64,000 nucleotides of DNA from the human T2T-CHM13v2.0 reference genome, Homo sapiens. The position numbers were made by a program, and so were the translations under genes. Each line of letters opens with the position of its first letter. The stretch's first letter is position 1. Shown here in pieces: positions 40,926-55,900 of the stretch. Under the pieces are notes generated by a model. That model saw nothing but the letters and a program-made list of their open reading frames with translations. It was not told where the DNA came from and ran no database searches. Location: NCBI RefSeq assembly GCF_009914755.1, contig NC_060925.1, one strand, 5' to 3'.

Positions 40926-43900
40926 GTTCGATTCCATTTGATGATTCCATTTGATTCCATTCGAAGATTCCACTCGATTCCATTCGATGATGATTTCATT
41001 CCAGTCCATTCAATGATTCCATTCGAGTCATTCGATGATTCCATTCGATTCCATTTGATTCCATTCGATGATGATTCCATTAGAGTCCATTCGATGATTC
41101 CATTCGAGTCTATTTGATGATTCCATCCGATTCCATTCAATGATGACGCAATTCAAGTCCCTTCATTGATTCCATTCAATTCCATTCTATGATGACTGCA
41201 TTCGGTTCCATTCGATGATGATTCCAACGGATTCCATTCATTTTCTCCATTCTATTCCTTTCCTTGCTGATTCCATTCAATTCCATTAGATGATAACTCC
41301 AATAGATTCCTTTCGAAGTTGATTTCATTAGATTCTATTCGATGATGATCCAATTCAATTGTATTCAATGATGATTCTATTCGATTCCGTTCAATAATTT
41401 CATTCGATTCCATTCGAAGATTCCATTCGTTTCCATTTGATGTTGATTCCATTCCTGTCCAACCGATTATTCCATTCGATTCCATTCGATGATGATTTCA
41501 TTTGAGTCCATTCAATGATTCCATTCGATTCCATGCGATGATGATTCCATTGAGTCCATTCGATAATTCCATTTGATTCCATTAGATGATGACTGCATTC
41601 GGTTCCATTCGATGATGATTCTAACGGACTCCATTCGAAGACTCCATTCGATTCCATTCATTGATGATTCTATTTGATTCCATTTGATGATGATTCCATT
41701 CGATTATTCCATTCAACTCCATTTGATGTTTTCTTTCGATTCCACTCATTGTTGTTTCCATTTGAGTCCACTTGATGATTCCATTTGAGTGCATTCCATG
41801 ATTTCATTCGATTCCATTTGATGTTGATTCCATTCGATTCCATTCGTTGATTCCATTTGATTTCATTTGATGATGATTACATTAGATTCCTTTCGGTGAA
41901 TTGATTCGAGTCCATTCAATGGTTTCATTAGAGTCCATTAAATGATTACATTTGATTCTATTCGATGATGACTCCATTTGAGTCCATTCAATGATGACTC
42001 CAGTTGATTCCATTCAATGATTCTGTTGGATTCTATTCTTTGTTTCATTTAGATTCGTTTTGATGATGATTATATTCAGTTTCATTTGATGATCCCATTC
42101 GATCCTATTTGATGATGTTTCCATTTGGTTCCATTTGAAGAGAATTCCATTCAATTCCATTGGTGATGATTCCATTCGATTCTATTCGATGCCGATTCTA
42201 TTCGATTCCATTCGATGATGATTCCATTTGATTCCATTCTATGATTAAATTTGATTCCATTCGATGATGATTCCATGCGAGACCATTCAATGATTCCATT
42301 CAATTATATTCAATAATGATTCCATTCGAGTCCACTCGATGATTCCATGCAAGTCCTTTTGATGATTCCATCTGATTCCATTCAACGAATCCATTCAATT
42401 CCATTCTATGACGATTCCATTCATTTCAATCTGATGATGATTCCATTCGATTCAATTCAATGATTCCATTCGATTCCATTTGATGATGATTCCAATCAAT
42501 TCCATTCGAAGATTCCATTCGAATCCATTCGACGATGAGTCCATCCATTTCAATTTCTTGATAATTCCATTCGTTTCAATTCGATGGTGTTTCCATTCAA
42601 TTCCATTCGATGTTGATTCCATTAGTTTCCTTTGGATGATGATTCCATTCGAGTCCATTTGATGATGATCACATTTGATTTCATTCCATAATTCTATTCG
42701 ATTCCTTTCAATGATGATTTCATCTGATACCATTTGATGATTCCATTCAATACCATTCGATGATGATTCCATTCGTTTCCATCCGCTAATGATTCCATTC
42801 AATTCCATTCGATGATTATTCCATTCGAGTCCATTCGATGATTCCATTTGATTCCATTCGATGATGATTGCATTCGAGTCCATGGATTATTCCATTCCAT
42901 TCCATTTGGTGATTCCATTCGAGACCATTCGATGATTGCCTTCGATTCCATTCGAAAATTCCGTTTGATTCAATTTGATGTTGATTCCATTCGAGTCCCT
43001 TCGATGATAACTCCATTCGATTCTATGCAATTATTCCATTCGATTCTATTTGAAGATGATTCCATTCGAGACCATTCAATGATTCCATTCAATTCATTCG
43101 ATGACGATTCCATTCAATTCCATTTGATGATTCCATTTGATTCTGTTCGATATGATTCCATTCGAGTCCATTCGAACATTAGATTCGATTCCATTCAATA
43201 ATTCTGTTCCATTCCATTTGATGATGATTCTGTTCTATTCCATTTGATGATGATTCCATTCGATGATGATTGCATTTGATTTCATTCAATGATTCCATTT
43301 GATTCCATTCGGAGATAATTCTATTCTATTCCATTTGATGATTCCATTCAATTCCATTCAAACAGGTTTCTATATGATTCCATTTGATGATGACTCCATT
43401 CGATTCCATTCCATAATTATTCAGTTCCTGTCTATTTGATGTTTCCTTTTGATTCCATTTGACAATGATTCCATTCGAGTCCGTTAGATCATTCCATTCG
43501 ATTCCATTCAATGATGATTCCATTCAATGATGCCTTCCTATTTCATTCAATGATGATTCCAGTCGAATCCATTTGATGATTCCATTCCATTCCATTCGAT
43601 AGTGATTCCATTCGAGTCCGTTCGATGATTCCATTCGATTCCATTCGACGATGATTCCATTCGAGTCCATTCGATAATTCAATGCGATTTCATTCGATGA
43701 CAATTACATTCCATTCTATTCGATGATTCCATTCGATTCCATTTGATGATGACTCCATTCGAGTCCATTCGATGATTCCATTCAATTCTATTCAAAGATG
43801 ATTCCATTGGATTCCATTCCATGATTCCATTCGATGACCATTACATTCGAGTCCATTCAGTGATTCCATTTGATTTCATTCGATGATGATTCCATTTGAG

Positions 43901-46900
43901 TCCATTCGATGATGCCATTCAAATCCATTTAATGATTGTTTCAATTATATTTGATGATGGTTCCATTAGAGTCCATTCATTGTTTCCATTCGAATCCATT
44001 CGATGATTTGATAATGATTCCATTCGGGTCCATTTGAAGATTCCATTCGATGATGATTCCATTGGAGTCCATTCGATGATCCCATTTGATTCCATTTTAT
44101 GATGATTCCATTCGGGTACAATAGATGATTCCATTCGATGATGTTTCTATTGCTGTCCATTAGATGAATCCATTTGATTCCATTTGATTATGATTCCATT
44201 CGAGTCCATTCCGTGTTTCCATTCGATTCCATTTGATGATGATTCCATTCGATCCCATTCGATGATTCCATTCGAATCCATTTGATGATGATTCCATTCG
44301 ATTTGATGATTCCATTCGATTCCAGTCGATGATGATTTCATTCGAGTCCATTCAATGATTCCATTTGTTTCCATTCAATGATGATTCCATTCAAGTCCAT
44401 TCAATGATGGTATTCGAATCCATTTGATGATTGTTTTTGATTATATTTGATGATGATTCCACTCGAGTCCATTCGATGATTCCATTCGATTCTATTTGAT
44501 GATGATTCCATTCGAGTCCATTTGATGATTCCATTTGATTCCATTCTCTGATGATTACATTCGAGTCCATTCGATGATTCCACTCGATTCCATACAATGA
44601 TGATTCCGTTCAATTCCATTCAATGATTCCATTCTATTCCATTCAATGATGATTCCATTCAGGTATATTAGATGATTCCATTCGATTCCATTTGATGATT
44701 ATTCCATTCGAGTCCATTTGATGATCTCATATGATTCCATTTTATGATGATTCCATTTGGGTACAATAGATGATTCCATTCGATGATGTTTCTATTGCAG
44801 TCCATTAGGTGATTCCATTCGATTCCATTTGATTATGATTCCATTCGAGTCCATTCCGTGATTCCATTCGATTCCATTTGATGATGATTCATTCGAGTCC
44901 ATTCGATGATTCCATTAGATTCCATTCAATGATGATTCCATTCAAGTCCATTCGATGATTGTATTTGAATCCATTTGATGATTGCTTTTGATTATATTCG
45001 ATGATGATTCCACTTGGGTCCATTCGATGATTCCATTTGATTCCATTCGATGATGATTCAATTCGAGTCCATTTGATGATTCCATTTGATTCCATTCTCC
45101 GATGATTACATTCGTGTCCATTCAATGATTCCACTCGATTCCATACAATGATGATTCCGTTCAGTTCCATTCGATGATTCCATTCTATTCCATTCAATGA
45201 TGATTCCATTCAGGTCCATTAGATCATTCCATTCGATTCCATTCGATGATTATTCCATTCGAGTCCATTCAATGATCCCATTTGATTCCATTTTATGAGG
45301 ATTCCATTTGGGTACAATAGATGATTCCATTCGATGATGTTTCTATTGCAGTCCATTTGATGATTCCATTCGATTCCATTTGATTATGATTCCATTCGAG
45401 TCCATTCAGTGATTCCATTCGATTCCATTTGATGATGATTCCATTCGTTTCCATTCGATGATTCCATTTGATTCCATTCGATGATGATTCCATTAAATTC
45501 CATTCAATGATTCAATTCGAATCCATTTGATGATTGCTTTTGATTATATTCGATGATGATTCCACTCGAGTCCATTCGATGATTCCATTTGATTCCATTC
45601 GATGATGATTCCATTCGAATCTATTTGATGATTCCATTTGATTCCATTCTCCAATGATTACGTTGGAGTCCATTCGATGATTCCACTCGATTCCATACAA
45701 TGATGATTCCGTTCAATTCCATTCAATGATTCCATTCTATTCCATTCAATGATGATTTCATTCGAGTACATTAGATGATTCCATTCGATTCCATTCGATG
45801 ATGATTCTATTCTTCCCCATTAGATGATTCCACACGATTCCATTCGATCATGTTTCTATTTGAGTCCATTTGATGATGCCAATCGATTCCATTCGATGAT
45901 GACTCCATTCCTTTCCATTAATTGGTGATTCCATTCAATTCCATTCATTGATTCCATTACATTCCATTCGACAATGATTCCATTCGATTCCATTCGATGA
46001 TTACACTTGATTCCACTTGCCGATGACTCCATTCGATTCCACTCGATGATTCCATTTGATTCTATTCGATGATAATTCCATTCGATTACATTCGATGAGG
46101 ATTGCATTCAATTACATTCAAAGATTCCATTCGATTCCATTTGATGATGATTCCATTTGATTCCATTTGATGATTCCATTTGATTACATTCGAGGATTCC
46201 ACTCTATTCCATTCGATGATCATTCCATTCGAGTCCATTCAATGATTCCTTTCCCGTCCATTTGATGATTCCATTTGATTCCATTCGATGGTGATTCCAT
46301 TTGATTCCATTCAATGATTCCATTCAATTCCATTCAATGATTCCATTTGAGTCCATTCGATTATTCCATTCGAGTCCATTTGATGATCCCATTCGATACC
46401 ATTCGATGATAATTCCATTGGAGTCCATTTGATGATGATTCCATTCGATTCCATTGCATTATTCTGTTCAATTCCATTCGATGATTCCCTTAGATTCCTT
46501 TTGATGATGATTCCATTTGATTCCATTTGATGATGATTCCATTTAATTCCATTCGATGATGATTCCATTCGTTTCCATTCGATGATGATTCATTTCGATT
46601 CCATTCAACGATGATTCCATTCGATTCCATTCGATGATTCCACTCGATTTCATTCGATGATTATTCCATTCGTGTCCATTCGATGACTCCATTCGATTTC
46701 ATTCAATGATGATTCCATTCGAGTCCTTTGAATGATTGCATTGAAGTCCATTTGATGATTCCTTTCAATTCCATTCAAGGATGATTCCATTTGACTCCAT
46801 TCGACGATGATTCCATGCGATTCCGTTCGATGATGACTCCTTTTGGTTCCATTCGATGACGATTCCATTTGGTTCCATTCGATGATGATTCCTTTGGATT

Positions 46901-49900
46901 CCATTCGATGATGACTCCATTCGACTCCATTTGATATTGACACTTTTCGATTCCATTTGATGATGTTCCCATTTCATTACATTCGATGATGATTCAATTT
47001 GATTCTATACGATGATGATTCCATTCGAGTCCGTTTGATGATTCCATTCGAGTCCGTTCAATGATACCATTCAATGATTCCCTTCGATTCCTTTCGATTA
47101 TTATTCCATTCGAGTCTATTAGGTGACTCCTTTGATCCCAATTGAAGATGATTCCATTCGATTACACTCGATGATACCATTCGATACCATTCATTGATGA
47201 TTCCATTCGAGTGCATTCGGTGATACCATTCAATTCCATTCTATGATGATTCCATTCGAGTCCATTTGATGATTCCATTGGACTCCATTTGATGATGATT
47301 CCATTCCAATATTCCATTCGATTTTATTCGATGATGATTCCATTCGATTTCATTCGATGCTGATTCCATTCAATTCCGTTCGATGATTCCATTTGATACC
47401 ATTCGATGATGATTCTGATGAATTCCGTTTGATGATTCCATTCAATTCCATTCGATGATTCCTTTTGATTCCATTCGATGATTCCTTTTGATTCCATTCG
47501 ATGATTCCATTTGATTCAATTCCATAATGGTTCCATTCGAGTCATTTGATGATTCCATTTGATTCCATTCGATGATGATTCTGATCAATTCCATTCGATG
47601 ATTCCATTCGATTCAATTCGATGATTCCATTTGGATCCATTTGATAATGATTCCATTTGAAGTCCATTTGATGTTTCCATTCGAGCCCACTTGATAACTC
47701 CATTTGGGTCCAATTGATGATTCCATTCGAGTCCATTCGATAATTCCATTTGAGTCCATTCGATGATTGCTTTTGATTCAATTTGATTATATTCAATTTG
47801 AGTCAATTTGTTGATGCCATTCGATTCTATTCTATGATGATTCCATTCGTGTCCATTCGGTGATTACTTTCAATTTAATTCGATGATGATTCTTTTCGAG
47901 TCCATTAGATTATTCCATTCAACTCCATTTGATGATGATTCCATTCGAGTCCATTGAGTGATTCAATTCGATTCTATTTGATGATGATTCCATTCGATTC
48001 CATTGGATGATTATTCTATTCGTGCCCATTAGATAATTTCACATGATTCCATTCTTTGATGATTCAATTCGATTCCATTCGATGATGATTCCATTCAATT
48101 CCATTCATTGGTGATTCCATTCAATTCCATTCATTGATTCCATTCCATTCCATTTGACAATGATTGCACTCGATTCCATTCGATGATTCCACTCAATTAC
48201 ACTTGACGATGATTCCATTTGATTCCATTTGATGATTCCATTTGATTCCATTCGATGATTATTGCCTTCAATTCCATTCGATGATTCCATTTGATTCCAT
48301 TCAATGATGATTCCGTTCGATTCCGTTTCATAATTCCATTTGATTCTATTCAAGGATTCTATTCGATTCCATTCATAGGTGATTCCATTTGAATCCATTT
48401 GATATTTTCATTCGAGTCAATTCAATGATTCCATTCGAGTCCATTTGATGTTTTCATTAGATTCCATTCGATGATGATTCCATTATGGTCCATGTGATTA
48501 TTCCATTCGAGACCATTCGATAATTCCATTCAAGTCCATTTGATGATTCCATTTGAGTCCATTCGATGATTCCATCCGATTCCATTTGATGATGATTCCA
48601 TTCGAGTTCATTTGAGCACTCCATTCGATCCAGTTTGATGATTCCATTTGAGTCCATCTGATTATTCCATTCGAGTCCATTCAATTATTCCATTCGAGTC
48701 CATTCAAAGATTCCATTCAATTGCATTCGCTGATAATTGCATACGAGTCCATTCGATGATGATTCCATATGATTCCATTTGATAATTCCGTGCGATTCCA
48801 TTCTATGATTCCTTTCGATTCCTTTCGATGATGATTCCATTTGATTCCATTCGGTGATGACTGCATTCGTTTCCATTCGATGATCATTCCAGCCGATTCC
48901 ATTCGATTTATCTATTCGATTCCATTCGTTGATGATTCCATTCGATTCCAATACATTATGATTCCATTAGATTCCATTCGATAATGATTCCATTCGATTC
49001 CATTCGATGACGATTCCATTTGATTCCATTCAATGATTCCATTCGATTCCATTCTAGGATTCCATTCGTTTCCATTTGATGGTGATTCCATTCGTGTCCA
49101 TTCGATGATTCCATTCAATTTCATTCGATGATGATTCCATTCGAAACCATTCAATGAATCCATTCAAGTCCATGTGATGATTGCTTTCAATTCCATTCGA
49201 TGATAATTCCATTCGAGTCCATTCAATGATTCCATTCAATTCCACTTGATGATGATTACATTTGAGTCCATTCGATGATTCCATCTGATTTCATTGGATG
49301 ATGATTCCATTCGATTCCATTCGATGATTGCATTCTCTTCCATTTGATCATGATTCCATGCGAGTCCATTCGATGACTCCATTCGAGTCCATTCGATGAT
49401 GATTGCATTCGATTTCATTCGATGATTCTATTCAATGATGATTCAATTCTATTACATTGGATGATTCCATTCGATTCCATTCAATGATGATTCCATTCAA
49501 TTCCTTTCAATGATGATTCCATTTGATTCCATTCGATTATTCCATTCGTTTCCATTCGATGATTCTATTCGATTCCATTTGATGATTCTATTCGATTCCA
49601 TTCGATGATGATTCAATTATTGGATGACTCCTTTTTATTCCATTCGATGATGATTCCATTCGATTCCAAACTATGATTATTCCATTCAATTACACTCAAT
49701 TATGATTTCATTTGATTTCATTCGATGATTCTATTTGATTCCATTTGATGATGATACAATTCTATTGCATTGGATGATTCCATTTGATTCCATTAGATGA
49801 TGGTTCCATTCGATTCCATTCGTGGATGATTCCATTCGAGTGCATTCGATGAAGATTTCAATCGAGTCCATACATAGATTCCATTCGATAGCATTCGATG

Positions 49901-52900
49901 ATGATTCCATTCGAGTCCATTAGATGATTCCATTCCATTCCATTCGATGATGATTGCATTCAATGCCATTCGGTGATTCCATTGGATCCCATTCGATGAT
50001 GACTGCATTCAAGTCCATTCGAAGATTCCATTAGATTCCACTTGACAGTGATTCCATTCGAGTCCATTTGATGATTCCATTTGATTCCGTTTGATGAAGA
50101 TTCCATTCGAGTCCTTTTGAAGATTCCATATGATGATGATTCCACTCGAGTCCATTCGATTATTCCATTTGAGTCCATTCGATTATTCCCTTAGATTCCA
50201 TTCATTGGTGATGCTTTTCGTTGCCATTTGATGATTCCATTTGACTCCGTTCGATGATGTTTCCATTCAAGTCCAATGGATGATTCCTCTTGAGTCCATT
50301 CAATGACACCATTCGATTCAATTCGATGATGATTCCATTAGAGTCCTTTCGATGATGATTCCATTCAAGTCCATTCAATGATTCCATTCGGTTCCATTTG
50401 ATGATGATTCCGTGGGATTCCATTCGATGAATCCATTTGATTCCACTTGTTGATGATTCCATTTGATACCATTCAATGATGATTCCATTCGATTCTTTTA
50501 AGTGATGATTCAAATAGATTCCGTTCGATAATGATTCCATTCGACTCCATTCGATCATTCGATGGTGATTCCATTCGACTTCATTCAATGGTTCTATTTG
50601 AATCCTTTCGATGACGATTCCATTCGATTCCATTCGATGATTCCATTTGATTCCATTCGATGATGATTCCATTTGATTCCATTCGATGATTCCATTCGAT
50701 TCCATTCGATGATTAGCCATTCAGTTCAATTCCATCATGATTCCATTTGATTCAGTTCGATGGTATTTCCATTCGATTCCATTCGATGATGATTCCATTA
50801 GATTGCATTTGATGCTGATTCCATTCGATTCCATTTGTTGATGATTCCATTTGAGTCCGTTCATTGATGATTACTTTGGATTTCATATGATGCTTCTATT
50901 TGATTCCATTCGATGATGACTCCATTAGAGTCCATTCGATGATTCCATTCGTGTCCAATCGATGATTCCATTTGATTCCATTAGATGATGATTTCATTAG
51001 AGTCTGTTTGATGAATCCATTCGATTCCATTTGATGATGACTGCATTCGAGTCAGTTATGTGTTTCCATATGATTCCATTCGGTGATCATTCCATTTGAG
51101 TACATTCAATGATTCCATTTGATTCCATTTGATGATGATTCCATTCGATTCCATTCAATGATGATTGCATTTGAGTTCATTCAATGATTCCCTTTGATTC
51201 CATTCGATGATGATTCCATTCGAGTCCATTCAGTGATTCCATTTGATTCCATTTGATGATGATTCCATTCGAATCCATTCAATGATTGCATTCGATTCCA
51301 TTTGATTACGGTTCCATTCTAGTCCATTCGGTGATTCCATGTGATTCAATTTGATGCTGATTCCATTTGAGTCATTTGATGATTCTATTTGAATCCATTT
51401 GATGATTGCTTTTGATTATATTCAATGATTATTTCATTCGAGTCCATTCAATAATTCCATTCGATTCCATTAGATGATGATTCCCTTTGGGTCCATTAGC
51501 AGATTCCATTCGTTTACACTTGATGATGATTCCATTCGAGTCCATTCGATGATTCCACTCGATTCCATTCCCTGATGATTACTTTAGAGTCCATTCGATG
51601 ATTCCACTTGATTCCATTCCCTGATGATTACTTTAGAGTCCATTCGATGATTCCACTTGATTCCATTCCCTGATGATTACTTTAGAGTCCGTTCGATGAT
51701 TCCACTTGATTCCATATGATGATGACTCCATTCGATTCCATTCGATAATTCAATTCTATTCAATGAGATGATGATTCTATTCGAGAACATTAGATTATTC
51801 CATTCAATTCCATTCAATGATGATGCTATTCATGTCCTTTAGATGATTCCATTCGAATACATTCGATGATGGTTTCATTCTATTCAGTCCAATGATGATT
51901 CCATTCGTGTCCATTAGATGATTCCATTTGATTCCATTCGATGTTGATTACATTATTTTTCCATTCAGTGATGATTCCATTCAAGTCCGTTAGATGATTC
52001 CATTTGATTCCATTCGAGGATGACTCCATTATATTCCATTAAATGTTGATTGCATTAGAGTCCATTAGATGATTCCATTCGATTCCATTCTCTGATGATT
52101 ACTTTTGTGTCCATTCGATAATTCCACTCGATTCCATACGATGATGACTCCATTAGATTCCATTCGATGATTCCATTCGATTCCATTAGATGATGATTCC
52201 AATCGAGTACATTAGATGATTCTATTCAATTCCATTCAATGTTGATGCTATTCGTGTCCATTAGATGATTCCATTCGATTCCATTCGATGATGATTCCAT
52301 TCGAATCCATTCGATGATTCCATTCGATTCCATTCTCTGATGATCACATTCAAGTCCATTTGATGATTGCACTCGATTCCATACGATGGAGATTCCATTC
52401 GATTCCATTTGATGATTCCATTCTATTCCATTAGATGATGATTCCATTCGAGTACATTAGATGATTCCATTAGATTCCATTCAATGTTGATGCTATTCGC
52501 ATCCATTAGATGATTCCATTCTATTCCATTCGATGATGATTCCATTCTATTCACACCAATGGTGATTCCATTTGTGTCCATTAGATGATTCCATTCGATT
52601 CCATTTGATTATGATTCCATTTCATTCCATTCAGTGATGATTCCATTCGGATCCATTAGACGATTCCATTTGATTCCATTTGATGATGGCTGCATTATTT
52701 TCCATTCAATGATGATTCCTTTCGAGTCCATTCAATGATTCCATTGCATTCAGTTCGATGGTGATTCCATTCGGGTCCATTCGATGATTCCATTCTACTC
52801 CATTCAATGATGATTCCATTCAAGTCCATTCAATGATTCTATGTGAGTCCATTCAATAATTGCTTTCAATACCATTCGATGATGATTTCATTTGATACCA

Positions 52901-55900
52901 TTCTATGATTCCATTCGATTCCATTCGATTTTGATTTCATCCGATTCCATTCGATGGTTCTATTCGATTCCATTCAATGATGATTCCATTCGATTCCATT
53001 TGATGATTCCATTTGATTACATTTTATGATGATTACATTCTATCCCATTTGATTATTCCATTCGATTCCATTTGATGATGATTCCATTCGAGTCCATTTG
53101 GTGATTCCTTTCTATTCTATTCGATGATGATTCCATTCGAGTCCATTCAATGGTGATTCCAGTCGATTCCATTCAATGAGTCTATACGATTCCATTCGAT
53201 GGTGATTGCATTCGATTCCATTGGATGATTCCATTCAAATCCATTCAAAGATGATACCATTCAATTCCATCCGATAATACCATTCCTTTCCATTCGATGG
53301 TTCCAAAGGATTCCATTTGATGATGCTTCCATTCGAGTCCATTGGATGATCCCATTCAATTCCATTCAATGATGATTCCATTCGAGTGCATTCGATGATT
53401 CCTATCGATTCCACTCCATGATGATTCCATTCAAGTCCATCCGATTACTCTATTTGATTCCATTCTCTAATGATTCCGTTTGAGTCCATTTTATGATTCG
53501 ATTCAAGTCCTTTCGATGATTCCATTCGACTCTTTTTGATGGTGATTCCATTCGAGTCCATTCGATGCTTCCATTCCATTCCTTTTGATGATTCCATTCA
53601 AGTCCAATTGATGATTCCATTCAATTGCATTTCATGATGATTCTGTACCATTCCATTCCATGATGATTCCATGTGATTCCTTTCGATGATGATTCATTTA
53701 CATTCCATTCGATTATGATTCATTTTGAGTTCATTCGATGATTCCACATGTTTCTATTCTATGATGATTCCATTCTAGTCCATTTGCTGATTCCATTTGA
53801 AACCATTTGATGAGGATTCCATTCGATTCCATTCATTGGTGATTCCATTTAATTCCATTCAATGGTTCCATTCCATTCCATTCGACAATGATTCCGTTAG
53901 ATTCCATTCAATGATTCCACTTGATTCCATTTGACAATGATTCCATTCAATTCCCTTCATTGGTGATTCCATTGAATTCCATTGAATGATTCCATTCCAT
54001 TCCATTCGACAATGATTCCATTAGATTCCATTCTATGATTCCACTTGACTCCATTTATGATGATTCCATTCGATTCCATTCGATGATTCCATTCAATTCT
54101 ATTCGATGATATCTCCATTTGATTCCATTCGACAATGATTGCCTTTGATTCCATTCAATGATTCCATTCGGTTCCATTCAAAGATGATTCCGTTCGATTC
54201 CATTGGATGATTCCATTTAATTCCATTGGATGATTCCATTCGATAACATTTAATGATTATTCCATTCGAGTGCATTCGATGATTCCATTTGAGTCCATTC
54301 AATGATTCCATTCGTGTACATTTGATGATTCCATTCGATTCCATTCGATGATGATTCCATTAGAGTCCATTCGATGATTCCATTCGAGTGCATTTGATAA
54401 TTGCATTCGAGTCCATTCAATGATTTCATTTGATTCCTTTGGATGATTCCATTTGAGTCAGTTTGATCATTCCATTCGAGTCCATTCGATTATTCCATTT
54501 GAAGATGATCACATTCAATTCCATACGACGATGATTCCATTTGAGTCCATTCGATGATTTCATTTGATTCAATTTGATGATGATTCCATTCGAGTCCATT
54601 CAATGATTCCATTCTATTCCATATGATGATGATTCCTTTCAACTCCACTCAATGATTCTATTCAAGTCCATTCAGTAATTGCTTTGGATTCCATTCGATG
54701 ATGATTACATTTGATTCCATTCGATGATGATTAGATTCGATATCTTTCTGTGATTCCATTCAATTCCAAGCGATGTTGTTTCAAGTCAATTCCGTTTGAT
54801 TATTCTATTCTTTTACATTCGATGATGATTATATTTGATTACATTCAATGTTTCTGGTTGAGTATATTTGATGATGATTCCATTCGATTCCATTCGATGA
54901 TTCCATTTGATTCCATTAGATGATGATTCCATTTGGCGTCATTCAATGATTCCATTCGTTTTCATTCGATGATGATTCCATTTCACGTCATTCAATGATT
55001 CCATTTGTTTTCATTCGATTATGATTCCATTCGATTCCATTAGATGATTCCATTTGATTCCATTCGATCATGATTCCATTCGAGTCCATTCGATGATTCC
55101 ATTCGAGCCCATTCGATAATTCCATTTGAGGCCAATCGATGATTCCATTTGATTTCTCCATTTGATTTCAATCATTGATGATTGCATTCGTTTCCATTAG
55201 ATGATGATTTCTTTCGATTCCATTCGATGATGCTTTCATTTGATAGTATTCCATGATGATTCCATTCGATCCCTTTCACTGATTCCATTCGATCCCATTT
55301 GATGATGTTTCCATTAGAGTCAGTTTGATGACTCCATTTGAGTCCATTCGATAATTCCATTTGAGTCCATTCAATGATTCCATTCGATTCCATTTGATGA
55401 TTCCATTCGTGTCCATTTGATCATTACTTTCGTGTCCATTCGATGATTCCATTGGATTACTTTTGATAATGTTCCCATTCGATTCCATTTGACGATGATC
55501 CCTTTCGATTCCATTCAATTATGATTCCATTCGAGTCCATTGAGTGATTCCACTTTATTCCATTCAATGATGATTCCATTCATGTCCTTTTGATGATTCC
55601 ATTTGAGTCCCTTCATTGATTCCATCTGATTCCATTTTATGATGATTCCATTCGAGTCCATTCGATGATTGCATTCGATTTCATTGGTTGATTCAATTGG
55701 AATCTATTTGTTTATTCCATTCGAGTCCATTTGATGATTCCATTTGATTCCATTAGATGATAATTCCATCCGAGTCCATTCGATGATGATTCCATTAGTT
55801 TCCATTCGATGATTCGGGTCGATTCCATTAGATGATCCCCTGTGATTCCTTTCCATGATGATGCCATTCCATTCCACTCGATGATTCCATTCTATTCTAT

